64,000 bases of DNA from the human T2T-CHM13v2.0 reference genome, Homo sapiens. The stretch is taken from assembly GCF_009914755.1 (NCBI RefSeq), contig NC_060939.1; one strand, written 5' to 3'. Below, in pieces: positions 15,166 through 31,205 of the stretch; position 1 is the stretch's first letter; each line of letters starts with the position of its first letter. Made by a program: the position numbers and the translations under genes. The notes under the pieces were generated by a model that saw nothing but the letters and a program-made list of their open reading frames with translations, had not been told where the DNA came from and did not search any database.

Positions 15166-15728
15166 AACATAGAACTGTTATTCTCTATGTCATGCTTCCT
15201 TCTCCACTTGCCGTTCTCCCCTTTCATTAGTCCAAATCTTGAGCTTCCTGTGAAAACTACTGTCAGGACACACTTTCTCCTTGAAGCTCTCTCTCTATAC
15301 TTAAGCCTAACACAACAGCCATGTTTCTGATTTTATGCACTTTACTGCCTGCATCAGTCATCTGTACTCATCACAGATTGCCTTGCATAGTTCCCTGGCA
15401 TTTGAAAAGTACAGGCTTGAATTTCACAGCTGGACTAGGAGCTCCTTAATAATAGGGTCTATGTCTTATAATTTTGGAGGTACTTCTCAAAGCCAAAGAC
15501 AATGCTGGGTGTATTACAAGCAACCTCTAAATTCTTACTGAATTAACTATTAAACGTATATGAAAAATTCCTAGAAATGCTACTTTTGGCGCTTCCTTCA
15601 ATCAGCGAACTGAAATTGGAACAAATCTACAGATTTCATATAGCACTAATGGTTCCACATATATCTCAATAATTTAAAACTTACAAGGAACAAGAGGAAA
15701 AAAATGACTTGAGTCCCAAGTTACTTAC

Positions 15729-15812
15729 CATTCTTCATCACTACATTGGACCACACATTGGCATTCAGGGCTTGGACAATTCGCTTTACTCCTGTAGATT
15801 CTGGGAAGTCAT
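15729..15812 (-). CDS. AAGAB: AAGAB coding exon 5 (84 nt; [28 protein letters not shown])
   Basis: Acceptor ccctgattAG|AT, donor AATG|GTAAGT; phase 1-1; matches recalled AAGAB protein. No downstream AAGAB exon recognised in 1-15728. Confidence 0.97.
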
Positions 15813-15816
15813 CTAA

Positions 15817-16181
<365 letters not shown>

Positions 16182-16321
16182 GTTACGTATATATCCTCCA
16201 AGCCATATTTTCAAATGACTGTGGTTTTGTTATCTTGTTTATTTAGTTGTTAGTTCACATCATACAAGGAAAAAAATCAAATACAGAGCTTGGAGCTCTC
16301 AATAAGAATATTCTAGAGAAA

Positions 16322-16838
16322 CTCTTTTCTTCCTCGGCTGTCTGAGGATTGACCACCATCATGAATGACATGGTAACTATCCAAACTGGAAAGTTCATGA
16401 CCAACCAACTACTTCAGTGAAAACAAATGGTCATTGATGTCCTTCACCCCGGGAAGGCAACACTACCTAAGAGAGAAATTCGGGAAAAAGTAGCCAAAAT
16501 GTACAAGACCACACCAGATGTCATCTCTGAGTTCAGAACTCATTTTGGTGGTGGCAAGACTACTGGCTTTGGCATAATTTACGATTCCTTGGATTATGCA
16601 AACAAAAATGAACACAAACATAGACTTACAAGACATGGCCTGTGTGAGAAGAAAAAGACCTTGAGAAAGCAATGAAAGGAATGTAAGAACGGCATGAAGA
16701 AGGTAGGCAGACAGCAAAGGCCAGTGTTAGTGCTGGCAAAAAGCCAAAGGAGCAAAGGTGCTGCAAGGATGTTATCAGTGGCCACTGTGGCTTTTTCATG
16801 AGAAGATTAATAAACTAAAAACTTTCATGCGGAAAAAA
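16322..16838 (+). pseudogene. RPS24P16: Full-length processed pseudogene of ribosomal protein S24 (probably RPS24P16) in AAGAB intron 4
   Basis: Intronless RPS24-like sequence: 5'TOP ctcttttcttcc, ATG 16361, stops at codon 20 (TGA 16418-16420) and 16673-16675, 6-nt deletion, AATAAA 16809-16814, short A tail, TSD aagaatattctaga at 16304-16317 and 16839-16852. The P16 number is from memory. Confidence 0.92.
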
Positions 16839-17800
16839 AAGAATATTCTAGAAACTAAAGCAATTAAACACACAATATAAGGCAGTTATATAATAAAGTT
16901 ATCCTCACCAATGGAATCTATTTATATTCTGAAAATGTTAGATTCCACTTATTACACACATTCCTGGCACAGTACTAGAGATACCAATCTACACAGAATG
17001 AGTTTCCTGAAGGCAGGAACAGTCCTCTTATTAACAGTATGTTATAAAATCATGTAAATGCTCTATCCTGTGCTGGAAACCATAGAATAATAAGTGTTAT
17101 TTTTGATCGATACCTATAGAAGAACTTCTTGATCAGAGAAAGATAGTTTGAGTGAGAAGTGAAATGACTAGAAGTGTAAGAGACAGGCAAAGGGTCATTA
17201 CGACAACTTAGTTTAGTTTATTATTAGTACTATCCTGCTTCTGGAATTTGACTGATACTACTCAAAATAATGGGATTGTAATCCCATAGTGTACCAAAAA
17301 AGGTGGTATTCTTAACTACAACACAGGAATGATCGTGTACAAAGGAAATGGGGATCCTGCAGATGTTGAGGATTGTAAGGCTGCGTCTGGAAAATAATGA
17401 CAGAAATAGTTTTCATGTGGTTAAAAAAGGAAAGTTTCCCGAGTTTACAGAACATAATCCACACAGACCCTGTCTCTAGTGGCCAGCCTAGCCCTGGGTG
17501 GTTTAACAAGAAGAGCACAGAGTTACATGTCAGAATATCTGAATTTGAACCCAGGCTCTGCCACTTACTAGCTATTTGATCAAGGGCAAATCACTTACAC
17601 CATTCTCACAGAAAGTGGAAACAATACCACTCTATGCACATCTCTCCTAGAGGAAAGATGCACTGCAATTGATGATTTACTAATGTAACCTTCCCCCTAC
17701 ACTGAAAACTCCTTGACGGCAGGAATCTTGTCTTACTGAGTTCATATGCCCATTGCCTACCACAGTGCCTGAAAAACAGCAGGCACTCAGCAACTGTTTA

Positions 17801-18223
<423 letters not shown>

Positions 18224-19893
18224 TTATCACCACCAATGTCTGGATGAAGACCTAAAAGTCATGTTTATCTTAATTGTGAATGACTTAATTCTCAAAAGAA
18301 TAACTAATACTTTAGATGATATAACCAGGAACCAAAAATGTGGTCTGAAATGAAGAGCTAGTACCAGTAAGAGGAAAATTAATACAAACTAGCATAAAGT
18401 CCTATATTCATGTTTGAATAATACATGCAAGTAAAAGATGAGGAAATATGGCTTAGGAATAATTTGTATTTTAAAAGTCTAGGAAGGTTTTCATTACCTT
18501 ACCTAAAGATGACATATCAAAAAACCCATTTTAAGATTAAGCTGAATGAATACAAGAACATTATTCAGACAAAGGGCTACGAGAAATAAAGTAGTATAAA
18601 GGAGCAGAGATTCCAAAATGATAACAGTCAAATACTGACTCCCAAGGACAAGAGAAAGAGAAAATTCTAGTGCCAGAAATCACACAGGCTCACATACACA
18701 AAACAGGGCACAAGTTTCAGGGACCTAGAAAAACACAGAAAAAGATGTACATGCTAATTTTCAACACTCTTTAAAATGAGCAAGGAGAAAAACCAGAGTT
18801 TTTATTTCAGTTTTGTTCTCTTCTTCTCCAGCAGGTTTTATTCTCAAAGGTAACAGCATTTTGGAAAAATTATAAATAAAACCAGAATATAGAAAAATAT
18901 TTCTTAATTCCTTGAAGAAAAATACAAGTTTCTTGAAATGACTGCTTATGTCTTATCTATGTACTTTAATTCACGTTGGTTGCCCCTGCCCAGAATGTCT
19001 TTTGGAACAACTGGCATATTCTCAATGCCACCTCTCCAGCAGTCCTCTCACTACAAGCCCAGGACCTTTTCTAACTTCTTCCCCATGGAGCAGCTGACAT
19101 GTGAGAGGTCACAATGCCAACACGTTCTCTGCACTTTTAAACAAAAATAAGCTCTCCGGTCTCTAAAATACCACAGCACTACTATTTCTTCTATAATACT
19201 TATGACATTCCACTTGGTAATTCAATTATCTGTAAGTTTCATCTCTTGTACCAGATTATAAGGTTTTGGTGAACCAAAAACCCTCTTATCCTGGTAGATA
19301 CCAAAACAGGTGTACTTCAAAGGAGAAAAGATGAGAAAAGAAATGGGGAAGGGGAGTAGAAGAGGGGAAGAAATAGAAGGTCCAGCAATAGCGGAGGACA
19401 GCGATTGCAGAGCTACCTGGGGTGGAGGTGGGGGATTAAATTTGGGGTCTATCTTTTGGCTTCAAATGTCCAAAAGACATTCAAATGGATTTGAAATGTC
19501 CCCTGCGATTCTTGGGAATTCAGCCTTAGGTTACTATGAATTCAGAATAAGAAACATCAACTTTAACTACTACGAAGGTCTAACTCTCCTTCTTCAGCAG
19601 TAGGGAAAGGAAAAAGGATTATGGAAATGACAAAGATTTTAGAAAGCAGCCCTATACCTTTATCCATAAGAAAAACACACATTTTCAAAAGTTCTAAAAC
19701 AGGTGGTAAAACCAAAAAAATGAATTATTACACTAAGTGTAAGATTATAAGATTACATCAATGGATTTTGCTTAAATCCTTGAAACAGCTGGGGAAAAAA
19801 GTTTCTTGAATTTTGCTGTGATTCTTCTTCCCTGAATTAAAATAATCTCTCATATCTAAGTGCCATATTTTCTCCTAACACATAAACACTTAC

Positions 19894-19983
19894 CATCCTC
19901 CTCAGGCAACTCCTCTGGACTAAGTTCTACCAATTCAAAGCCATGTTTGATGCACCATTCTTGAGCTTTTTGTCGGTTTATAC
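19894..19983 (-). CDS. AAGAB: AAGAB coding exon 4 (90 nt; [30 protein letters not shown])
   Basis: Acceptor attttAG|GT, donor GATG|GTAAGT; phase 1-1; frame continuous. Confidence 0.97.
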
Positions 19984-20322
19984 CTAAAATAATATGCAAA
20001 AGAATCTTCATAAGTAAAAAGAAAATAAAACATGACTATTCCTGCAATATTCTTCACAAATCTCAATGTGTTTCCCTTAATGTCAATGTTATTCTAAAGG
20101 CATCTAAAATAATAAAAAGAAAATGATTTCTCAGCCCCGAAGTATCCATTCTTAAAAAAAAAGTAAGTATTACAAGATTCCAAAGAAAAATAGCTGAAAA
20201 TATTTTCATAAAGCCATAAAGTCACATGGGATGTATGTCCTAAGTTAAAGAAACAGATGTACTCTGTTTATCAAGGAATGGCAAATGCATGTACCAACTA
20301 CTGTCCCATCCACAGGCCTTAC

Positions 20323-20419
20323 CATCTTCAGACACTCTATCGCAGACCAAGATCATCACCTCAGGTAACCATGCTTTTGCCAGTGGAAGCCATGAGGAGA
20401 CACTATCAAGGCCCGATTT
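20323..20419 (-). CDS. AAGAB: AAGAB coding exon 3 (97 nt; [32 protein letters not shown])
   Basis: Acceptor ccctcTAG|AAA, donor GATG|GTAAGG; 125-nt intron 2; frame continuous. Confidence 0.97.
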
Positions 20420-20544
20420 CTAGAGGGAACAAAAAATATAAACAAACAAAAACAGAAAAGAGATAGTCAGACAAAATGTAATGGGAAAAAAAGAAGGCAT
20501 GCAATAATTTCTTATTCAAGCCTTCATAGAAAACAAAGTCTTAC

Positions 20545-20735
20545 TTGTGTGCTGTCAAAGTAAACCACAAATGCTTGGACAGATTCTGCAATCTCTGCAG
20601 TAACAAGAAATTTGTTTGGCACCACACATAGATTGATGTCTGCTGAATAGTATTTATTATCAATGGTCCAGGGATAAAATCTCACAGCATCATTGGAAGT
20701 CACTTCCACAATAAGATCTTCTGTTCCAAGGATAT
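20545..20735 (-). CDS. AAGAB: AAGAB coding exon 2 (191 nt; [64 protein letters not shown])
   Basis: Acceptor ttttTAG|AT at 20737-20736, donor CAA|GTAAGA at 20544; ORF 20524..20709 overlaps; cumulative CDS 264 nt = 88 codons. Confidence 0.97.
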
Positions 20736-22584
20736 CTAAAAATAAATGACAACATTACCATGTAAAGTGCAAAACCAATATACATTGGTTGATTTTCTCA
20801 GTCAGATACCAGATAAAGCTGGTACTTTTGCTGTTTCCTTTTATGTGAGGATTTCAAAGGACCCTGCATTTATTAGCTTTAATCCTATATTCTCTGATCA
20901 TCTGATTATAAAAGTTATGGTGATATAATTTAAGTCATTGACATTTTCTCTTTAAGAACACAAAAATCATTGTGAACTAGATTAGACAGTAGTAAAGGAA
21001 AAAACAGTCATATAACCAAATATCCAGAAAAGAGCAAGTAGAAGACAAAGAATGACAGCTCTATTTATTGTATTGCTTAAGTACTTCATAGGAGGTAGAC
21101 AATAACAATCTTCTAGAATTTGTAACTATTTTGTACTTATTGCAAACTAAAAGGAAGATAGGATTAAGGCTAAACCATTAATAAAATAGAAGAGCTACAT
21201 ATATTTCTTGGACTGAATGCTTAGACATTAATTCAGCTAATGAAATAAAAGAATGGATACTGATAAATGACCCCAATCCTATTTATATTCAGCCTTGTTC
21301 ACATTCTTTGAAAGCCAACCTAAATTCTTGTTTGATCAAGACACTTCCGATAAATTTTAAATGTGTAATAGCCAAGCAAATTACTATAAATGTTTTAGAT
21401 TATAACTGAATCTTTTGGAAATCTATGTGCAGCATGTATATAACAGGAAATCCCCACAGTAAGAGACAAGTCAATGGTGAACAAATGAATATAGACATGG
21501 TTATGGAGCCATGGAAGCATTTTGCTTCCATTATGTTATACAGTATTTACAACTGGAAGAGAAGTTAGAAGTTGTTCCAACCTAAACTCCCGTCTCTCAC
21601 ACCCATACCCAAAACCTCCACTTTATACAAATGTGGAAAATCAGCTTATAGAAGTAAAATGACATGCCATTAATTGACTTATCAGAAGAATATAATGAAA
21701 AACAGTCACAAACTCCTCGTCAATGCATACTAAGATGAACACGTATTAATGAAATGTGCCTCAAACTCATAATTAGCAAGACACTGAAAACTAGAAATTA
21801 AATTTTAACTCCCAGAGCTAACATTATATATTTGAAAAGTTGCCATCATTTTTGCTCAACATAAAGTTATGGGGAAATTATTTAGTCCAAAAGACTGCTA
21901 GGCATTATGTATAAAGTGTGTGTGTATGAATATATACATGCATGAATTCTTTTTATTAGTAAAGTTTCATCATGCGGTTAAGAGGAACGAATCTTCTGAA
22001 GAATAAAAGGTCGGCCCTTTTTTTAGCAAAAAAATTAAATTTAAAATAAATTTAAGGTTTTATTTTTGATATAAAGCATATCATGAAATTAACTTTTAAA
22101 ATTTTTTCACCAAAACCAGAATTGTTACTCTTAAATTAACAGAAGGTCTATGTCAATATTTGACAATCTGAGTGCATCCCATCTCTTTAAGAAATCAGCA
22201 GTTCTTTCTACTTAATTTCTACCCGAAGTCATAATCTTTTACTTAGTGTCAGTCAATTCCGTCGCAACCAGCTGCTATGTCCCTTATGGAGCATTAAGAC
22301 AATTTCAGGGGAAATAAACAGGAGAAACAGGTAAGTTATTAAAATCAAAGATGTTGTTTTCATGTAAATGTCTCACAGAAAAACAAAAACTAGATCAAAG
22401 TCTACACTGTTACACTCCAAACTTCAAGAAGGTGGCATAGTAACACGTGGCTGTGTTTCTAAGAGCTGAATACTGGCACAGCTAACACACATACCACAAT
22501 ATGCTGATAAATACACATATAAAAGAAAGAAACTAAAACAAGGAGCAAAGCAAAAAAATGTATAAACTAACTTTTTAATGGTGA

Positions 22585-22908
<324 letters not shown>

Positions 22909-24348
22909 CATTCTTGGGTAATTTTTAAAAATAGCAAACTGAGTATTTTTTAAAGGAGAGAAGCACAAATAAGAAAATACAGTAATGAATTCACTTGTTG
23001 CTAAGGGGCAAAGTACAAAGGCAGGGGGACTAATATTCCTGTCATTGCTATAATCAGTTCTTGATATTTCCTAAATTGGTTGTATTGTTAAAAACTGATA
23101 TCAAAAAATTGGGGTTATGCTTTCTTTGCTCCTCGACATGAGAAATATAAAATCACTTAAAATGGCATTACTAACTGCAATTTAAAATTACTAACTGCAA
23201 TTTAAAATATTTAGATCCATTAATGATGGCTAATTTTATTAATGTTTAGAACACAAAAGAACAAAACAATGTTTGTTACTCAGAGTGCTTACAATTTCAA
23301 TTTTATACTTTCATTTTCAAATGATTAAGACATTTACTTAACATGGAGAAAGAAGCTGTTTCTTTCTCTTTTCTCCAAACCTAGACAGGAATGGAACCAA
23401 TAAGTTGGGAAAATGAATTTCACATTTCAGTGTTTCAGTAGCTAGTGGGCTTTGGTTTTTGTTTTATTCTCTGTGCTGCCTAAAACAAGTTGATAGCTCA
23501 ATTTACTTATCAGATTTTTTTTTAACATTTTATGTCTAATCAAACACTTTCTTCAAGGCTGCATATGGACTTTATTATCACATCTGTGCCATATTAGAGC
23601 TAGGGAGAGAATAGTAAAGACTGTCTCATTCTAATTCTTATTACCAATATCATAATGTAGAGTTTAATTTAAAAAATGTAAATGTCTACACTAAATATAG
23701 CTTTCTTCCCTCATGTTTTCTATTTGATTTTCAAATGCTTAACAAGTTTATTCTTTTCCAAATTAAAATGAAATTATTCAAACTGTGCACATGGCTAAAG
23801 GTTTCTGGAGAGCAGCTAATATAATTCACTCATTTTACAGATGAGGAAACTGAGGCCCAGGAAAAAAGAAGCCACTTGCCTAATAGGAGCAGAGCCTAAA
23901 ACTGGATTCAATTCGCCAACATTCTTTCCTACTACACCGTGATGTTACAATACTTAGCACCTGAGCTGGATCACACTTGAGTCTCTAATAATCACAAGCC
24001 AAAACTAGTCTATAGACCTAAAGGATCCTCTGCCCTTTTAGGAACACCAAAAATAATAGCCAGAATAGGGGCACAATTATATACGGATCTGCAGCACAAT
24101 TAACCCATCAGAAAACTGTCTATGACATTCAGGTATTTATATGTCAAAGATGAGTCACAGTGATCTTGAGGTTTTTTTGTTGTTGTTTTTTTGTTTTTTG
24201 CCAGACTTCCTAGAAAAACCTGCAGTGGGCTCCCTTCTTTGTCCTTCACTAAATTATTATGTTGTAGACTCCGATATGCACAAAGAAAATCAAGAGCAGC
24301 TTTCCCCTCCTCCTGGTCGATGCCAGCCTGTCTCATTCACACTGTTGG

Positions 24349-24362
24349 CAGCCACCTGGTGG
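24349..24362 (-). promoter_or_regulatory. Candidate CTCF site
   Basis: CCACCAGGTGGCTG, one mismatch to CCASYAGRKGGCRS; motif only. Confidence 0.45.
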
Positions 24363-24953
24363 AGCTGTAATACATCATTTTTTAAGAGACAAACACTAGG
24401 TGTTTACTTGCCAGGTCTGTTACTACAAACTCCATTTCACAGCTTACAATAGTTAATTTGTAGTGCTTTTACAAAGGAAGTTAGATGCCAACCCAGTTCT
24501 AGTAGCAAACATAAACCTTTCCTTCAGTATTAAGTGCAAGTATAAACCTCTATCCCGATTTGAGAAACTTTTTACAAAGCCATCAATTCTCCAGTAACTC
24601 CCATTTACTTTCTCACATCCTTGGTCAACTTCTTTTCCCTATAATCTCATATGGTAAGTTACAGGAAATAAGATTCAAGAGCTTTGAAGGAAGCCATGTG
24701 CCAAGGCAACATTTCAGTTCAGTAATCCAACATCTTCCTCTTTTTAATCAGCTTTCTACTGTTCCCTGCATATCCTAATAATGATCCTTCCCTCAGAGAA
24801 AGTACAAATGTGGTAACCAATCAAATGAAAGAAAAGAGGCAGCTGGCTTTCTATGGTTCAGAATCAATAACAGGTGATACTCTCTTTAGCATGAATTAGA
24901 AGGCAACATGAAGTTCAAGGTGAATTCCCCAAACACCACAAATATCTGTTCTC

Positions 24954-24954
<1 letters not shown>

Positions 24955-24995
<41 letters not shown>
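24955..24995. repeat. (CA)n microsatellite, about 20 units
   Basis: Read directly. Confidence 0.95.
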
Positions 24996-24997
<2 letters not shown>

Positions 24998-26066
24998 TTT
25001 ATCTATATATAAACATGCACACACACAACCCTTACCTTATGTCCTCACCTATCCACCTCAGCCAAAAAAGACAAATGCATTCTAAACTAGGCATGTTGAT
25101 ACTGTTATGGATTTTTTGTGTCTCCTTCAGCAGTAGGGTAATTAAGTACACTTTTAATATCAGTAGTAGTGCACTTAACCAATCATGACATTCTTTGTGA
25201 AGCAAAGTTGTCCAGTGGTTAAATCATATTTTCTATGCCCTGAGGGAAGTGACAGCTGCCACCTCAAATCAAGATGATCCTTCCGGAAACCAGCACTCTT
25301 CTCAGAATGCAAAGTTGGTTTTATTCTTTCTCATAAACTGAAACTGCCTTGACAGCCAAGCATCATAACCTCTCACCCCAGATATGAGTGTCTTTCATGG
25401 GATCCACTCTTCTGGAGACCCAACATTCTTCTTTCTTCCCTTTGTGAAGCCAGTACTAACGAGAAGGGAGAAGAGCATGGAAAATAGACAGCACAGACCT
25501 GGGGTCGGACAGGCCTGCATTTGCATGCTGGCTCTCTGCAAAGCCTTGGGCAGATTAACCTCTCGGTGTCTCATTTCCTTACCTGCAAATGGGGATGAGA
25601 ACACTCCTCAAAAGGCTTAAATGAATTCAATGAAACTATGTCTAAGAAAGTGCAGGCACTGGGCACAGTAAATATTCATTTCCTTCTTCCCATCTCACTT
25701 TTTTTCACATTTGTGACAGCACTCCTGACTAGAGGTAGGTTACAGATGCACTGAGGAGTTAGTAAGATACATTACAATCAGGAAATAACCATCTCCTTTA
25801 AGCTGCTCTAGCCTTGCCCTTCCACCCCAGACCACCCCCTAAAATAAAGTTGAAATTTTTCTTTTCCACTGCTAAGGCATATGCTGAGACAGAAGAGAAG
25901 GCAATTAGGAAAATTATAGGAGGCAGCAGAGTCTGACGTCAGCTGAAAGGAAAAGTAGCTATTATGAAAGAAAAGAACTGAGCAAAATATGACTTAGGAA
26001 AAATTCAAAACCTAGAGTTTTCATTAACCAGCAAGCGAAAAGACAGACTTTTAAAAATCATATCGG

Positions 26067-26388
<322 letters not shown>

Positions 26389-27354
26389 TCGGATTCATAC
26401 TGTTGCAAGCAATTACAATTTCTTACCCACAACTTCATGAGAATGTCATACAAGGTGGGTGCTGCTCTGTCAAATATTTTGCAGTAGTTGTGAAAAGGTT
26501 AGTCCCTAAATACTGAAAGTAGATTATACTGCTCCAGTGGAAAGGGACTTTGTAGCATGGTAGTATTTAAAGGTTAAAACTGTGCAACATTAGAGTTGAC
26601 TTTACAGACAAATGTCAGGAAACTCATATCTGAGATTCCCTGTGTAATCATACCCCAGTCTTCTGGTGCAAGTTTATGCAGTATTTGTTGCAGTTTATAT
26701 GACAGGTCGATCACTGGAGTAGTATGGACTTGCTGAGGTAAGAGTCACTGGAGTAGCATAGACTTGCTGGGGGAAGAGTAACTGGATTGACTTAAAGCAA
26801 CATACTGCTTTAACAATAGTACAGAGATTCTGGGTTGCTTACAACATTTAATTACCTCTTCCTGACACACCCCTTTTCTCTGGTTACACTCTAAATTCGC
26901 ATTTCCACATGCTCGTAAGCTTTTTATATCACAGTGGAAACATTTTAAAGCTGAAGCAGAGGAAATCCAACCCAGTCTTCCTCTTTTTCCTCAAGTTTAC
27001 TTTCTCCCAATAGTCATCTGGAATTGGTCACCACAGCTTCATCTTAAAATAATTGGGGAAAGTCAGTGGGCAGGGGGGTTGTGGGGGGGTCTCTGCTTGC
27101 TTTTAGAAGACCTTACAATGCAGTCAGACACACACACAAGAACATAAAGAAGCCATCAGGAAAGGGAGAGAGAATATGGAGAAGGGTTTTATAAAGATTA
27201 AGCAGGAAACATCAGCCTCTAAGTTTTATGGGCTGCATGCAAAGACCACTTTGTCAATCCTAGTGTCACATCTGATGGACAATTCCTACCTATATTTTAG
27301 AGGGGTAGGGCACTTCTCTGAATTCCATTGCTAGTTCTAAATATACCCCTAAAG

Positions 27355-27580
27355 CAGTGGTTCTCTATGGGGATGTGATTCTCCCCAATCCTGCCAAGGG
27401 GACAAAGGTCAACACCTTTAGACATTTTTGGTCATCACAATAGGGGGATGCCACTAGCATCTAGTGAGTAGAGGTCAAAAATACTGCTAAACATCCATCC
27501 TACAACGCACAAGACAGCCCCACAAGACAAGGAATTGTCTGGGCCAAAAGATCAACAGTGCCGAAGCTGAGATACCCTGA
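27355..27580. mobile_element. MER20-like hAT relic
   Basis: cagtggttctc start, gacatttttggtcatcacaa, ctagtgagtagagg, gccgaagctgagataccctg end. Confidence 0.8.
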
Positions 27581-28279
27581 TCTACAGCAAAGAAACCTTA
27601 TGGAATTTACTTAGCTGTATTCATGAAACAAAATAAAAGTTCTGGAATGCAAAATTGGTTTTATTCTTTCTTGAAGAGCTGAAACTAGTCATTACAGTCA
27701 GGCATCACAACCTCCTACCCCAGATAAAAATATCTTCCATTTATATCTAATAAAATCTATCTCTGATAAAGTCTATCTCAAGTGTCTTCTTTGATTATTA
27801 ACCATAAAAATTATTGACAATTAACCTTAGAAACTTTGAAAATAATCTATGAATGGTAGATTTCTAGAAGAATTCATAAGCCTAAACAGGACAATTACGA
27901 GATAAAAATAATTTTCATATTCAAATGGTAATTTTTCATAAACAAATTAGCATGAAGTAATAAAACCTTACAAGAAATGTCAATGCTCAGGATGACAACA
28001 TCTGCAGTAGATGCTAATTTACTCTAAAAAAAGACAAACATGTTTGAGATGAATTTCCCAAAACAGAATAAGTTTGATGAATAATGAAGAACATTCATTC
28101 TGTAGCCCCTGTACTCAAGTATTGAAAATAAGCTTGATCTGTTAGAAAATATCAGAAAGCTAACAGATCCAACGTCCCAGCATCCAAAGGAGGGTAAAAT
28201 CATTATTGGGCAACAGATGGTCAACGAATCATGGAAAACAAAAACACTAATAAGTAAGACATTATTGAAAGTAAACATT

Positions 28280-29560
<1,281 letters not shown>

Positions 29561-30015
29561 ACAGAAACTGGGAGATACTGACCCCATTACTAATAAGGTA
29601 GGTGAGTGAGACACATAATATTTTAGGTACTTAGAACAATGGATGGCACATGTGAACAAATCTGGTCAATATTCATGGAATGAAGTTAACTTGTTTAAAG
29701 TCAGATCGCTTAAAAAAGGATAGAATTCAGTACTCAATCCACAGATTTTTTTTCCCCCACAGAAATCCTATACAACCCCAGGAAAATTCAGACAGAACAG
29801 CCACCCTGTTACATCAAGATCACAGTGTTGTTTATTACCAAATGATCAAACATTTTCCTGATCTCAGCAGGCTGGAGTTTGATCCAAATACAGTGACACT
29901 TTTTTCCACTTCTGTGTCAAACCAGCCATCAGGTCTGTATGGAAAATTAAACTCTAAATAGGTTTTTGTTACTGAACCTAAAATATCATAAAGCCTCTTT
30001 AATAGTTTCACAACA

Positions 30016-30364
<349 letters not shown>

Positions 30365-30482
30365 CTATATCAATATTGACTCCTGAATAAGAATTATTAG
30401 AAACGTATTTGTGGTATCTGTGTGTACTGGCTCCAACATAAATACAATGTTATGTCCAAATTTAAAACAATTTTCATACCTT

Positions 30483-31205
30483 TGAGAGATGAAGCCTGCT
30501 AGACTTCCTGGGTCGAGTGGGGACTAGCTAAAGGATTGTAAACACACCAATCAGCACTCTGTAAAAACACACCAATCAGCACTCTGTGTCTAGCTAAAGG
30601 ATTGTAAATGTACCAATCAGCACTCTGTAAAAACACACCAATCAGCACTCTGTGTCTAGCTAAAGGATTGTAAATGCACCAATCAGCACTCTGCAAAAAC
30701 GCACCAATCAGCACTCTGTGTCTAGCTAAAGGATTGTAAATGCACCAATCAGCATTCTGTAAAATGGACCAATCAGCAGGATGTGGGCGGGGCCAAATAA
30801 GGGAATAAAAGCTGGCCACCCAAGCCAGCAGCAGCAACCCGTTCGGGTCCCCTTCCACGCTGTGGAAGCTTTGTTCTTTTGCTCTTTACAATAAATCTTG
30901 CTGCTGCTCACTCTTTGGGTCCGTACTACCTTTATGAGTTGTAACACTCACCGTGAGGGTCTGCAGCTTCATTCCTGAAGTCAGCAAGACCAAGAACCCA
31001 CTGGGAGGAACAAACAACTCCGGACACACCACCTTTAAGAGCTGTAACACTCACGGCGAAGGTCTGCAGCTTCACTCCTGAAGTCAGCGAGACCACGAAC
31101 CCACCAGAAGGAAGAAACTCCGGACACTCACAACGAGGGTTCACGGCTTCATTCTTGAAGTCAATGAGACCAAGAACCCACTGGAAGGAACCAATTCCAG
31201 ACACA
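30483..31205 (+). mobile_element. LTR12-family (ERV9) solo LTR
   Basis: TG...CA termini, 4-bp TSD cctt (30479-30482, 31206-31209), 66-bp tandem units with CCAATCAGC, GC box, AATAAAA TATA-like box, polyA signal 30890-30895, U5 repeats gaagtcagcgagaccacgaacccacc. Confidence 0.93.

Noticed and set aside
16427-16675. Functional RPS24 gene copy
   Set aside because: Premature stops, deletion, lost terminator, TSD and A tail mark a processed pseudogene.
20524-20709. Standalone 61-aa ORF
   Set aside because: It is AAGAB exon 2 read from an internal GTG into intron 2.
23167-23206. Perfect 20-bp tandem duplication containing two TACTAAC branch-point consensus motifs
   Set aside because: On the strand opposite AAGAB with no acceptor context; one of many 17-27-bp slippage duplications (11376, 31242, 32795, 38030, 41709, 42940).
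30499-30858. 119-aa ORF with 22-aa repeats (ADWCIYNPLARHRVLIG...)
   Set aside because: Antisense translation of the 66-bp LTR12 enhancer repeats; not a repeat protein, and not a CRISPR array (no unique spacers, human LTR).
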